Shown: positions 11,385 to 24,150 of the stretch, piece after piece | Layout: each line of letters begins with the position of its first letter | Position numbering within the stretch: position 1 is the first letter of the stretch | DNA from: the human T2T-CHM13v2.0 reference genome, Homo sapiens | NCBI GenBank assembly: GCA_009914755.4 | Contig: CP068257.2 | Coordinates: 24,768,001 to 24,832,000, forward strand | DNA: 64,000 nucleotides | Reading direction: 5' to 3' | Program-made: the position numbers and the translations under genes | The notes under the pieces: model-generated | The model's database searches: none | Told to the model about the DNA's origin: nothing | The model's input: only the letters and a program-made list of their open reading frames with translations

Positions 11385-12318
11385 TATCTGGTAAGAGATA
11401 ATATTGAGAATATTAAAATATTCTGAACTCCTACAAATTAACAACAACAAAAATAAAACCCTTGAATAATAAATAGGCAAATAAATGGAATAGACATTTT
11501 TCCAAAGATGTTATACAAATGGCCAAAAAGCATATGAAAAGATACTCTACATCACTAATCATTAGAGAAATAAAAATCAAAACTATAAAGAAATACCACC
11601 TTACCCCCCATTAAGATGATTACTATGAAACAAAAAGAAAATAACAAGTGTTGACAAGGATGTAGAGAAATCAAAACCCTCATGCACTGTCGGTGGGAAT
11701 GTAAAATGGTGCAGCTACTAGCTACTATCATAAACAGTATGGCAATTTCTCAAACAATCAAAAATTACTATATGATCCAACAATTCAATTTCTGAGTATG
11801 TTCAAAACAATTAAAATCAGGGTCTTGAAGAGATTTGCACACCCATTTTTACAGCAGCATTCTTTATAATAACCAAAAGGGGAAAGCAACAAAAGTGCCC
11901 ATGGACAGATGAATAGATTTAAAAAATATGGTGTAGACACACGGTGGAACATTATTCAGCCTTAAAAAGAAAGGAAATTCTAACACATGCTACAACATGA
12001 ATGGACCTTGAGGAGGTTATGCTAAGTGAAACAAGTTAGTCACAAAAAGACAAATGCTGTTTGATTCCACTTACATGATGTACATAGAGTAGTCAAATTC
12101 ATAGAGACAGAAAGTAGAATAGTGGTTAACAGAGGCTGGCAGGATGGGAAATGGAGACTTGTTTAATGAATATAGAGTTTCAGTTTTGTGAAATGAAAAA
12201 GTTCTGGAGATTTGTGGCACAACAGTGAATAGACTTAACACTACCAAACTGTACACTTAAAAATGATTAAGATGGTAAGTTTTATATTAGGTGTATTTTT
12301 ACCTCAATTTAAAAAAGA
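11385..12318 (+). mobile_element. L1M-type LINE-1 3' region, part 2, through the 3' terminus
   Basis: Reads aaatggccaaaaagcatatgaaaagatactctacatcactaatcattagagaaataaaaatcaaaactataa...gtgttgacaaggatgtagagaaatcaaaaccctcatgcactgtcggtgggaatgtaaaatggtgcagc...ccaaactgtacacttaaaaatgattaagatggtaagttttatattaggtgtatttttacctcaatttaaaaaag, a canonical old-L1 3' end. Confidence 0.85.
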
Positions 12319-14159
12319 AAGATTATTGGGGAGTTATATCCATGAAAGGAAAGGGGAAGAAAGAGGAATTATCAGACTGTGATGCAGGCTTGACAGTCTC
12401 TACTAGGCCAGTGGGAACTCAGGAGCAAAGGTTATCTGCCAGAGGGGGCCGCAGCGGACGGACATGGCTAGGCCTTTGCATCACTTCCTTGACTTTGGCC
12501 TTGCATGCTTATTGGCTGGGGCTGTTCTGAAATGAGCAGGACCTCAGCTTGAACACTGAGGCAGTTGCTGAAGGAGAGAACAGGTGGAGGCCATCTGACA
12601 GTGACATTCCTCAAAGCTGGGCAGCACATTCTTCCTTGAAGGGGTCTGTCTGACACACCTCCGTATCTGCCACATGGGAATAGGGTGAGTTTTATTTTCC
12701 TTTAGTTTGTATTTCTGTGTATTCCACATTTCCAATAATGAATGAGTGGCTTTTTAACCACAAATGAAATAAAAGTTATTATTATAATATATAGCAACCA
12801 ACAATCTTAACTATTGAACAGTTGGTTAGTTACTTATTAACTGTCTGTTTCAGAAAGTTATGTGCAGACCCCTTCCAAGTAAACACATTCCATCCCAATA
12901 AATCAAGGCGTTATTAATCCTCCCGTGCAATTGAAAGAAAATGATTCTTCTGCAGCATCAGTTGATATTTGTCATTTTGAAATATACATAGGCAGTGGAC
13001 ATCAATTTCAGCTATTGCCAATGTTAATTTTATCCTGTATCTCTACCAGAGTGTAAAAGACTGGATCCTTCCAACAATATTAGTCACAGTGTATAAACCT
13101 TGGAAAGCATTATTTTATCATCTTTTGGAAGAATGGAGTTCTCACAGCAGGCTTAAAGCAGTAGAGACTTCCAAAGGGGGTCATGGTGGAAAAAAGGAAG
13201 AGAGTCGACTATCATCCTCCAATAATGCCGGTAAAAAAACTTGTCAGATCCTCACACGAAAGGGACCTTCTAAGAACAAGATGCAAGTAGAATCATCAGA
13301 GTGACGGCTTTTCAAACTTTAAATTATTTATGGGTTATGTACTCGGATCCTGGGCAGGCTGGTGTCAAGAGAGCTTCATCCAGAAAAGAATAAAAATTTC
13401 CTGATTTTACTGATGGAAAGATGAACTGAGGGAGCAAGAAAATTATACAGAGAATTTTACAGACCCAAAGGCTGAGAGAAATGTAGGGCTGCTGGGTTTC
13501 CTACATCAATCTGGAATAACTGCACTGAGATGTTGGGAATTCATCCATGCAAAATTACTTGAGTAGAAAAATTATTTTCTACTACAAACCCACAAAATAG
13601 AGGATCAATAAACTGCCAGGAGATAGAAAACACTGAGTAATCACGTGTATCAAACTGAAGAGCTGTTGCTGCTGTATACTTCGGAGACTCTGCTGTATGT
13701 CTAATTAAGCAACTGAAATGATTTTTGGACTATAACATGTACTTTAAAAGTGGAATTTGAAGGGCAACTCTGTCTTTTCTAGGTTTAACCTGTGCAAGTA
13801 TGAATCTTGAGTCACCAGTGGTGAGACTCAGCAAAATCTCTAGGTAATGATTCAACTGGGTTAGGACAAGGCTGAACCGATCACGGATTCGTTTAGCAAA
13901 ACATGCAGAATCGTCAAGCTCTCTTAACCTTGTTGGGGATTTAGGAGGTATTTTTGTTTTTGTTTGTTTGTTCTCATCTTGTTTTTGTTTTGCATGCTAC
14001 CACCTGCAGCTGTTAGAGCAGTGAATAGAACCAAAATTGGGGAGTTTAGCTTCTAGCGCAGGGTGTGCTGGTGGTAGATAAGCAATAAATAAAATGAATA
14101 AGTAAATTTGAATCAGTTGATATTTAGAGTGCAATTAGGTACCATGGATAAAAATCATG

Positions 14160-15510
14160 CTATGAAAGATGTATAGGGAAAAGGGAGGGAGGAGAAGGGA
14201 AATTTGAAGTCAGTAGAAGAGGGAAGGCCTTGATGTGAAGGGGACATTTGAACAAAGACTTGAAAAAGGCAGGAGCATGCGGTGTGAGTATCTTGGAAAT
14301 GATTGCTGCAGGCAGAGGAAACAGCAAATGCAAAGGCCCTGCATCACTCAGAGCAGGAGATCGATGACACAATCAAATTGGATATTGTGAAGAGAGTTTT
14401 TAAAAGTGTTAATTATAAACCTGTGAGCAGGTTATAGGGAAATGACAAGGGGCAGTATAGTATTTAGGAGACGAAGACAGTGGGGTGCTATCATCATCAC
14501 TAAGCCTGCCTGAGTGGCAGGAAAGTAGCTATTAGAATTTAGAGTAAGAGACAGCTGTGTTGAGAGTCTGCCCACCAGGAGCTGTGACCCTTAGGCCGAG
14601 GATGTGGCATCTGCATAAACACTGCAGGAAAGAAGCACTGGAGTAAAGACCCACTGACCCCACTCTTGTCCCTTCCTTACATCTTCATCTGAGCTCCCCA
14701 TTGGACGAAACCGACCTGGAAGCAGAGGTCCGGGGAGAGAATTGAGATGGGTCATAGAGTTTATCCTTCCAGGGCATAAAACAGGCTTGAGAAGGGTGGA
14801 GAGTGTCTGTGCCTGGAAGGGCAAACAAAAGGCATCTGGCACAGCTCTAAGCTGAGATCATGGCTGATGTGAAGAGGAGTAGCAAGGCTGTCACTGTGAT
14901 TATAGAGGAAGGATTGAGGAGGGGAATATCAGGAGATGAGTTCAGACAAATTGCAGAGTAGAGTTTCATGGGCATTGTCAGGCATTGAGAAGTCCTTAGC
15001 TATCACTGTGAGTCAAATAGAGAGCTGTGGAAGAGTTCTGTGTGAGGCGATGATGTGAGCAGACATCACTTAAAAGTATCTCCCTGGCTGCTGAGTTAAG
15101 AACAGACTGACGTGGGGCAAGGGTGGAATCATGAGACCAAGGAGGATGCTTTTGCCTAATTTGGGCGAGAGAGAGTGGTTTGAACAGATGGATGCAGTGG
15201 AGGTTGTAAGAATGGAGAGGTTTCTGAATACATTTTAAAAGTAGAGCCAATCAGATTTGCTGATAGATTGAATTGGAGGGAGGTGTGTGAGGGAAAGAGA
15301 GGAGTCAAGGAATCGAGGATGACTCTGAATTGGAAGCATGGAGTTGCCATGGATTGATTTGAGAACACTGCGGAAGGAGTGCAGTTATTGAGGAAAACTC
15401 AAACATTGGTTTTGGATATGTTGAGCTTGAGATGTCTCTTGGGATGTGAGGAATAGGCAGTTGGCTTTATGAGTCTTGACTTTAAAAGAGAGATTATAGT
15501 GAATTCTTAT
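14160..15510 (-). mobile_element. L2 3' portion, antisense; first block of a fragmented L2 spanning about 14160-19700
   Basis: 14225-14345 gaagggaaatttgaagtcagtagaagagggaaggccttgatgtgaaggggacatttgaacaaagacttgaaaaaggcaggagcatgcggtgtgag...gcaaatgcaaaggccctg matches the reverse complement of the L2 3' consensus (gaaggcctcactgagaaggtgacatttgagcaaagacctgaagga...gcaagtgcaaaggccctg). 14940-15500 matches the reverse complement of the L2 ORF2 C-terminal region. Confidence 0.7.
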
Positions 15511-15529
15511 AATTTTATGATGCCTCGGC

Positions 15530-16200
15530 ATCAATTTTGAGTGTAAGTTGGACCTTCATATGCCAACAACAGGGCTTTGTCACCTGTGACACAGTTTACA
15601 GTTCTCTGCCTTCTCCTAGTCTCTCACTGTCATCAATACAGCCACCTCCTGGTAACCACCTCCCTATGGGAGAGCTAGATACAACCTCCTTGACTCACCA
15701 CACTATTTTCCTATTTATGAAACAGGGTGGATCTCTTTTTCCTCTGTCTTCTCAAACATACACTCTTTCAAAACCCTCTGTGGCCTAACCTTTCTCTGGC
15801 GATACAAGTCATGCTTGGTTTAACCCCCAAGCCCAGCATAGACAGTGTGGCTATGCCACAGTGATCACCTCTCAGTCACAGTGTACCTCCATGGAACTCA
15901 TGCCTGCTTGCTCAAACCTATCAATTAGAAATCCCCTTGGTAAACCTGCTTGGGGAATGCCCTGGACTTCGGTAAAGGCATTGGCTCACAGGTCCTTTTC
16001 TCTCTCTCTCTTGCCGCCCACTCACTGGTTGAGTGTGTATGTCCTGGATGACTACCCCCTTCCCATTGGCCCTGAGAGGCATGCTGCCCTCTTCATTCTG
16101 GGATCTGTAATTAATAAACTGTTTCTGCATTTCATGAGTTTTGTTGTGTTGCATCCTCTGTGTCTCACCTAACTAACACACTTGAATCTAACTTCTTTCC
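15530..16200 (+). mobile_element. Possible solo LTR or other insertion inside the L2; AATAAA near 16113
   Basis: Non-L2 sequence ending ...ctgggatctgtaattaataaactgtttctgcatttcatgagttttgttgtgttgcatcctctgtgtctcacc, an LTR R-U5-like polyadenylation context. The family is not recognised. Confidence 0.25.
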
Positions 16201-16372
16201 TAGTCAGGGGTCTCTTAGAGAGCAGTGATCTTAGTAGGAATAAACTGATATAGGTCAGACAAAAGCCACAAGGGCATCTTGCAGTATAAACAGGTTTCCT
16301 GTGAAAGAGACACCTGGTAGCAAGTCAGACACTCAGGCATTAGGTCATCCACTGGGATAAAGAAGTATCACG

Positions 16373-16694
16373 GGTGTGGTGGCTCATGCCTGCAATCCCA
16401 GCACTTTTGGAGGCCAAAACGAGTGGATCACCTGATGTCAGGAGTTCGACACCAGCCTGGCCAACATGGCAAAGCCCCATCTCTACCAAAAATACAAAAA
16501 TTAGCTGGGTGTGGTGGCGGGTGCCTGTAGTCCCAGCTACTCAGGAGGCTGAGGCAGGAGAATGGCTTGAACTTGGGAGGTTGAGGTTGCAGTGAGCTGA
16601 CATCACAGCACTGCACTGCAGCCCAGGCAACTAAGACCCCGTCCCAAAAAACAAAACAAAACAAATGAAACAACAACAACAACAACAACAACAA
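16373..16694 (+). mobile_element. Alu (AluS-type) with an A-rich/(CAA)n tail; imperfect TSD aagaagtatca / aaggaagtatca
   Basis: Reads gggtgtggtggctcatgcctgcaatcccagcacttttggaggcc...ggaggttgaggttgcagtgagctgacatcacagcactgcactgcagcccaggc then aaaacaaaacaaaacaaatgaaacaacaacaacaacaacaacaa. Confidence 0.9.
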
Positions 16695-16785
16695 AGGAAG
16701 TATCAAGTGAAAGGCACATTGTAAACATCCACGACCCCCTTCCCTGGAGCCCTGTGAGGGCAGGGCTAGAATTTATAGACACACT

Positions 16786-16786
<1 letters not shown>

Positions 16787-16832
<46 letters not shown>
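16787..16832. repeat. (AG)n microsatellite, about 23 units
   Basis: gagagaga run. Confidence 0.97.
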
Positions 16833-16835
<3 letters not shown>

Positions 16836-16859
16836 CAAGAGCAAATCAGAGGAAATCAC

Positions 16860-17057
16860 AACAACGTCTTCCTGGGAGATACAAATTTTGTACATGTCAG
16901 TGTATAGATGATATTTATCATTTATAATCTTTGGATGAGATGAGACCCCTGAGCGAAACAACGTCTTCCTGGGAGATACAAATTTTGTACATGTCAGTGT
17001 ATAGATGATATTTATCATTTATAATCTTTGGATGAGATGAGACCCCTGAGCGAAAGA
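16860..17057 (+). repeat. Tandem duplication: 2 copies of a 97-bp unit, essentially identical
   Basis: Unit 16864-16960 (acgtcttcctgggagatacaaattttgtacatgtcagtgtatagatgatatttatcatttataatctttggatgagatgagacccctgagcgaaaca) repeats at 16961-17057. The only difference is at the last bases, by manual comparison. Confidence 0.9.
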
Positions 17058-17059
17058 GT

Positions 17060-17560
17060 TTGGAAAGGAAATAGAAGAGGATCAAGGACTAAAGCCTGGA
17101 GACTCCAACTCTAAGGAGGAATCAAGAAAGAACCACTAAGAAGGAGCTGCCCGTATAGGAGGGAGGAAACATTAAAGAGAAGAGAAGGTGGCTTCCTGGA
17201 AACGACATGGCAAAAGTATTTCTAGGAGAAGAGAGTGATCAACAGTGACAACTGCTGCTGATCGGCCAAGTACAATAAGGACTGAGGCTTATCCATTGGA
17301 TTTGGCAGCATGAGGTCATCAGTGTCCTTGACACATCCAAACTTCATAGATTAATGGGGGCAAACCTGATTAAAGCAGGTTTAATGAGAATGGTAATGGA
17401 AAGATATGCATTGGAAATAATTAGTGTAGATTTCTTTTAAGAGCATTTTGCTAGAAAAGTGAGCAGAGAAATAGGGCAGTAACTGGAGAGAGAAGTGGAG
17501 TCAAGGGATTTTCTATTTTCTTTTTTAACAGGAGCTAGAACATGTTTTAGGAAACTGGAA
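17060..17560 (-). mobile_element. L2 ORF2-region fragment, antisense (continuation of the fragmented L2)
   Basis: gtgatcaacagtgacaactgctgctgatcggccaagtacaataaggactgaggcttatccattggatttggcagcatgaggtcatcagtgtccttgaca... matches the reverse complement of the L2 consensus ...gttgaccactccctcct.../...ccaatggacatttctcagtcctcatcttacttgacctctcagcagcatttgacactgttga. Confidence 0.7.
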
Positions 17561-17806
17561 ATGATCTAGTAGAGAAAAAAGACTGAGAATTCAAGAGAGA
17601 GAAAAAAGAATTGCTGCAGTAATGTCTTTGAGGAGGCCAAAGGGAGATGGATCCTAGTGTTCAAATCAAGGGGCTGGCCTTAGATAGAAGTAGGTCCATT
17701 CATTCATAGCAGTGGACTTTAAACTTTCACATTGAAATCATCTAGAGAGGTTTAAAATTTCTTTAGCATGCATCAGACTCACTCAGAGGACTTATTAAAA
17801 TGCAAA

Positions 17807-18100
<294 letters not shown>

Positions 18101-18539
18101 CACAAAGTGCTGGGACTCACCTCCAGAGTTTTTGATTCAATAGGTCTGGGTGGATCTGAGAATTTGCATTTCCAACATCCCAAGTGATGCTGTTGCTGAT
18201 GGCCTGGAGACCACACTTTATGGATCATGGAAATACGGTAATAGAAGGAAAATAATAGTGTATGGGGCCATGCTGGCAAGTGAGACAATGTAGTGGTGGT
18301 GGGAACTTGAGAAAGTTTCCTTCTGATTGTTTAAATATTCTCAGTAAAGTTTTTTTTTTTTTTTAAAGGTAGTTAATGGGGAGAGAGAGAGGGTGGGAGG
18401 GTTGAAGATTTGAGAAGAGAAGAGAGGTATCTTATAATCATGTAGTAAATGAGAATGTGAGTGGACTAGGAAAATGTAACATAATTTTTGGGCCCATTGG
18501 AAGTTGGAAGTCATGAATTGACGGTAAGAGCAACCAGCA

Positions 18540-19700
18540 CTTTTGTGCATTTTCCTCTAGCAGTATTTAGTTGCAGAGATGGAAGTGTAGTGACGGTGGA
18601 GAGATGAATTTGACCAGGGTTCAAATGCTATGAAGTGAGACAAGCAAGGGATTGAGAGTGTTTACCAGGGAGGATTTATAATGACTGAAATGGAATTTAG
18701 GTTTTGATGAAGACCAAAAGGAAGAGTTTAGAACAGTGAGGGACAGTAAATGGGGTTAAGTTAATAGAATGAAGTTTTTTTAGAGCCAAAAGATTGCTGT
18801 ATGTTAGATAATTGAATCCTTGAAACTGAAATTTAGGAGAAGTTGCTTTTATTTATCATGTCAAGGTCCAGTTTGTGACCGTGGGAGTTTGTGGTTGAGG
18901 AAGGGTTGAGATCAAGATTATGGACAAGAGGAGTTTAATGAGCCGAGAGTCCAGGGACTTTGAAAAAATCATTTATATGGGTATTGACGTTACTAAGATT
19001 CAAGATTAGAAGCAGTTTGTGGAGAGTGGCAGTAAGCTGGATGCTAAGGTTTTTGAGAAACAAAGGCTTCAAAGCTGGAGCTTTCAGGAAATATGGAAGA
19101 AGAATGGTCTGGAAGTGGCAATGAGAAGCACGGAGGGAACTTCCGAATCTCCCATCCAGGGTCTGGGGATTGTGGGAGAAAACAACCACTGCTTGAGAGG
19201 GTTTCAGGGGCATCACACCCCTAGGGAGACCCAGGTTTCACTTAGAGGAAGAAGGCCAATAAAGCCCCTAAGGACACGTTTAGGTGGTTGGGTGTGCTAG
19301 AGATGTCTGACCTGAATTCCAGAGGGCACAATATAAATTTCGGGAGTGGAGGATGACCCAGGGACTGGGGCAGACACAGGGATACAGAGTTGTGGGGACT
19401 AGAGTAGATAACTGGTCACCTGGGAGTTGGAATTTCTTAGAACAACTGATTTAAGTAGTGGGAAGAACCATAATTTGATGAATCCTGGTGGCCTCACAAA
19501 AGAGTGATGTTGAGTCTGAATGTTGAGAGGTAATGAGAAGGGGGGCTTGGGACACCCCCTCAGTACGTCTGAGTGAGATGTAGAGGCTAGGAAAGGGTGA
19601 TCTTACGCTGAAGATATGAGATTCTCTCAAGTCTCCTGAAGATAGAATCTTGGATATATGGAGAAGGGATGTTTAATCTGGGGTGCATAGCATAAATTAT
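18540..19700 (-). mobile_element. L2 fragment, antisense (continuation of the fragmented L2)
   Basis: G/A-rich sequence with L2-antisense-like blocks (tttgaccagggttcaaatgctatgaagtgagacaagcaagggattgagag...; ...cctggtggcctcacaaaagagtgatgttgag...gggacaccccctcag). Identity is diffuse. Confidence 0.45.
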
Positions 19701-20599
19701 TTTAATTAGAGGAAATAATCTTGTAAGTGTTGCCAGTATCAGAGAAGAGAAACTCAATTACATGGAGAATGGATACGGTATCTTGGAGAAGGCTTGCTCT
19801 TTATTCTGGTATATAAAACATAAAGAAGATGAAATACAAATGTAGAGGAATTATCATTGTCTACCTATCTCTTAATTAGTTAATTCAGTTTCATTCTTCT
19901 GGCTTTTACAGAATGTCTTTTAAAGGTGTTTCTTGTCCAAATTGCACTACACTTTGTGAACATGACCATTGAGATTTCTTGGCAGAACCTTGATCTGTAG
20001 ATAACCTCAGATATTTTATTTAAATGTTATTTTATTTATTTCTATAAGCCTTAATTTCTCTGGATTTGGTAGCATAAAATTGAATCCAACTAATATTTAT
20101 TGTTTCTGGTGTGGGCAGTAATTAGTTATGTCCTCTGGGAGAGGAAGAAGAACTCTAAGATGCTTAGTAGCTTAACTGAAACTAAATTTTGCTTTGCATT
20201 TCTTAATATTTTTTCTTGATGAACATTTCCAGGGAGTATCAAAAGTACATCCTGAGGTCAAATTTTTTATGGCCATTATTAAAATTAAAATTTATAATTT
20301 AAGAAAAAGCCTGTACATTTGGAAAGCCCCACCTATGCACATTACATTGGTTATAGGGCAGAACTAATTTTGTAGCTGTAACTAGAAAATATAGAATATA
20401 TAAACATCTTTATTTTCCATCTACCGCCACATAACTCTCCTGGAAAAATGGTTTTATACTTACTACCTACATTACCATGATCTGCTACTTTCTGTTGCAC
20501 CTACTCTATGTGGGTACTGTCCCAAGCTATACTCTACATGGAGATCACTAGTGCCCTAGGTTGTCCATTTTTAGTTTCTATCTCAATCTCCACATGAAC

Positions 20600-21860
20600 A
20601 CTGTTTAGTCCTCATCTTGTCCTGTCACTATGTTTGAGTCTGTTGATAACTTTTACCATGTTGAAATATTTTCTCCTGTTGCATTCTTGCACCCCACATT
20701 CCCCAGGTTTTCCTGCTTCTCCACTGCCATTTGTTATTGGACCATTTTGCTGCTACTTCTCCTCTTTCAGATCCATAAAAATGTTGTTAAAGACCCAGGC
20801 CTCAGTCTTTGGTCCTCCTGTCTTCTAATCCACACTCATAGTTTGAGTGCTCTCATCCAGTCCTGTGGCTCTACAAATTATTACGGTGGTGTTTCCCAAA
20901 TTTTTATTTCTAGTCTCAAGCTCTCCCTGAACTCTAGACTCACATATTTAACTATTTGACATCTCCATTGAGATGCCTAGTGGGCATCTCAAACTTACTA
21001 TGTTTCTAAACTAAATGCTGGTTTCTTCTTCTCTTCAATTTTCCATATTTTAATAAATGAAACCACCACTTATCAGAGTGCTCAGGCTCAACCTTGATGG
21101 TATTTTTCTTTTATACCCAAGACACATTCATAAATCCTTTGGCTCTGCTTCTGAAATACACCCAAACTCCAACCACTTTCAAGCAGTGCCTCAACATTAT
21201 CACCCTTGCCAAAACCATCGCCTTGACTGCCACCAAAAGCCTTATGATTTATCTTCTACTCTTGTTCCCCTAGATCTAATTTACATACAGAAAACAAAGT
21301 GACCTTTTAGATATGTCAATCAGATTATGTCTCTTTTTATCTTAGAACACTACAGAAGACTTTCCATCCCATTAACTATAAAATACAAAGACAAGAACTT
21401 ACATTTCCATCTTGTTTTCTATAATGTTACCACTTTTCCATGCACCCCAGACACACTGGTCTCCTCTCTGTTCCTTGAACATACTGAGTATGTTTTTACC
21501 TGGGTCTTTGCCCTTGCTATGCCCTTTGGCTGTAATGCTTTCTCCCAACATATACACAGGCTTCCTTCATAATTCCATTCAGGTGTCTGTGCACATGTCG
21601 TCTACTTAGGACTTCCTGGACCATCTTATTTAGATAGCAAATCCCCATCCTTCATTACTTGCTACCTTTCTACCGTGCTTTCTCATTCTTCTTCCCTGGC
21701 TTGCATTATACTTTCTATTTATCTGTTTTTTTTTGTTTCTCCCAATGGAATGTAAGCTTCCTGGTATCAGGGTCTTTATTTTATTTCTCTGCTGTGTCTG
21801 GGACACCTAGACCACCTAGAACCCACGACAAATTAAGTTATTGTCAGTGAGGTGAGTCAA
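20600..21860 (+). mobile_element. L2 3' region, sense orientation
   Basis: Reads ...ccaaactccaaccactttcaagcagtgcctcaacattatcacccttgccaaaaccatcgccttgactgccaccaaaagcc... and the 3' end ctcccaatggaatgtaagcttcctggtatcagggtctttattttatttctctgctgtgtctgggacacctagaccacctagaacc. These match the L2 consensus (...cactagaatgtaagctccatgagggcagggatttttgtctgttttgttcactgctgtatccccagcgcctagaacagtgcctggcacatag). Confidence 0.7.
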
Positions 21861-22699
21861 AGTTGCATCTACTTCCAGAAAGAGTTTTGATAGTGGTAGT
21901 GGTAAGTATTTGGCAGTTGGCCTGAAGTTGTTATTTTGTTCTAAGAATTGTTGCAGACTAAATGAATATTTCTGATAAGGAAATGGAAAGGAAAATTTGA
22001 ATACTCTTATATTTTCATGTTTTCAATCTTATGGTGGTGAGTCAGGCTTGTAACAAATGCTCAACACATTTTATTTAATAAATGAATTAAAAGAATGAAT
22101 ACAAGTATGCATATATATATATGATATACGCTGAGATCACATCACAAATTATTATATCTCCAGACAATTTCTTTTTTTGCAGGGACTATGCCATAGTGTC
22201 AGAAGTCCTGTTTTATGAGGCAAATAAAATACATTTCACTTTGCATTATTTGACTGTTACAGAGACATAACATTCTATCTCTATGGCTTCACTCTGTTTA
22301 AAAGCAAGAAACTTTTTATAACTGAAAGAAAAAAAACAAGTGCACTTTAATTAACCAAAGACATAACCTCTTACAAATATACTAAAATGTAATTTGAGAA
22401 CCATTTAAGTCAAAAATCATCTGCATTTTTCAAACTTTCACACACCACCACATGACAGGAATTTTTTGAAAAACTACTTATCCATAATAAAGATTGCTCC
22501 AAATATAAGCAATACAATTTATTCAATTTTACAGTATTGCATTTTTTCATTCTCATATTTTCATCCTACTAAGAAATTAGGGTTTGACATTTTTGGACGT
22601 GAAACTCTATCCTCCTTTTCTGTGGTGATTATGTTAAGTTCTTCTCCCTCTCTGCATTTCACAGAGCATACAGGAGTGTGGTCAGAGAAGGGGCTTGGA

Positions 22700-22810
22700 A
22701 AGAGCATATGTCAAGTTGTCAGAAAATGTGGTTTTCAGTTTCCATTTTGGCATCTTAGCCATGTGACCTCGAGACAGGCACCTAACCTCTGTATGTCTCT
22801 AACAAGAGGG
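22700..22810 (+). mobile_element. MIR core-like fragment, overlapped by the chance 156-aa ORF 22466-22936
   Basis: ttagccatgtgacctcgagacaggcacctaacctctgtatgtctc resembles the MIR core tgtgaccttgggcaagtcacttaacctctctgagcctc. Confidence 0.4.
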
Positions 22811-23271
22811 TATCAACAGTTGGTCTTTGAGATGCCTTTTGCCGTGCAAGTCCCTGGATTTATGGAGGTCTCCTCCGTTCATTCGAGGGTGGGAGTTCCT
22901 CTTCAACATTGCACTGATCAAATCAAAGTAAAGTGATTTAAAATCATGTAGAATCCTAGACTTGACTTCTCTTTTCATTACCTCATTATATTACTTAACT
23001 GTATTCCTATCCTTGCATTAAAAAAATTAGTTCTTATCAGGAAATCACTCAATTTATGTAAGATATAAGTAGCATTCAACAAGAGTTGGTTAATTTAATA
23101 AATGAAGATGAATGGAAGAAATGATGTCGTTTGTCTGAATTTAATATGCTGGACTTAATATAGTTAAGAAGAGTGTAGGACAAAACAGGTTTTATTCTTA
23201 TAGCATGCTATTGTAGAGAGAGAGCATTTTAAGCTCTATTTGATAATAATATGCATTTACATGATAAAATT

Positions 23272-24150
23272 TTTATTCAAAATCAATTTTATTGAAGTAT
23301 AATTTATGTAAAATATAATGCACACATTTGAAGTGTACAGTTCTATGAGTTGTGACAAATGCGTAACCATATGTTATGCGTTGAATTGTGTCCCCTCCAA
23401 AAAAATGATGTATTGAATTCCTAACCCCCAGTACCTCAGAATGTAACCTTACTTGAAGATAAGTTCTTTACCGAGATAATCAAGTTAAAATGAGGCCATT
23501 AGGGTGGGCCCTGATCCCATATGACTGATGTCTTTCTGAAAAGGGGAAATTTGGAGATGGAAACTTGCACTCAGGGATAACACCATGTAAAGACTGGACT
23601 TATGCTTCCATAAGCCAAGCAACTACTGGAAGCTAGGAGAAAGGCCTGGATTGGATTCTTTTTTAGCACCGTCAGAGGGAGCATGGCTCTGCCAACACCT
23701 CAGTCTCAGGCTTTTGGCCTCTAGAACTATGACACAATACATTCCTACTGTTTAAGCCACTTGGTTTGTGGTACTTTGCTATGGCAGCACTAGGAAATGG
23801 ACATACCATGTAACTACCACTCTCTAAATAAGATATAAAATATTTCCATCACCCAGAAAGCCCATCTCCACCCCCTACTCCAGGCAATTACTGATCTGAT
23901 TTCTATCACTATAGATTAGTTCTGACTGTCGTAAAATTTTATATGGATAGGATCTTGCAGTGTGTTCTCTTTTGTGCCTGGTTTCCTTCATTCAGCATAC
24001 TAGGTTTTGAAATTTATCCATGTTGTTGAGTGTGTCGATAGTTCATTCATTTTTATTGTCAAAATAGTATTCTCTACTTTCCCCAAGTTGTTGCAGCTCA
24101 ATTGATTCTAAGTGGGTGGGTCTATTTCTGGATTGTCTATGCTGTTCCCC
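23272..24150 (-). mobile_element. L1M-type LINE-1 3' end in reverse orientation, split by an MLT1-type LTR at 23385-23805
   Basis: 23280-23384 aatcaattttattgaagtataatttatgtaaaatataatgcacacatttgaagtgtacagttctatgagttgtgacaaatgcgtaaccatatg is the reverse complement of the canonical old-L1 3' terminus. 23806-24150 continues it: ...tttccatcacccagaaagcccatctccacc...ggcaattactgatctgatttctatcactatagattag...tgtgttctcttttgtgcctggtttccttcattcagcatac.... Confidence 0.8.
23385..23805 (+). mobile_element. MaLR LTR (MLT1-type) nested in the L1M
   Basis: Reads gttgaattgtgtcccctccaaaaaaatgatgtattgaattcctaacccccagtacctcagaatgtaaccttacttgaagataag...attagggtgggccctgatcccatatgactgatgtctttctgaaaagggg...ctagaactatgacacaatacattcctactgtttaagccacttggtttgtggtactttgctatggcagcactagg, an MLT1-like consensus pattern. 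Confidence 0.7.

Noticed and set aside
22466-22936. Second-longest ORF in the track (156 aa, + strand)
   Set aside because: It overlaps a MIR core-like segment and AT-rich unique DNA. It has no splice or codon-bias signal and its composition is low-complexity. It is a chance ORF.
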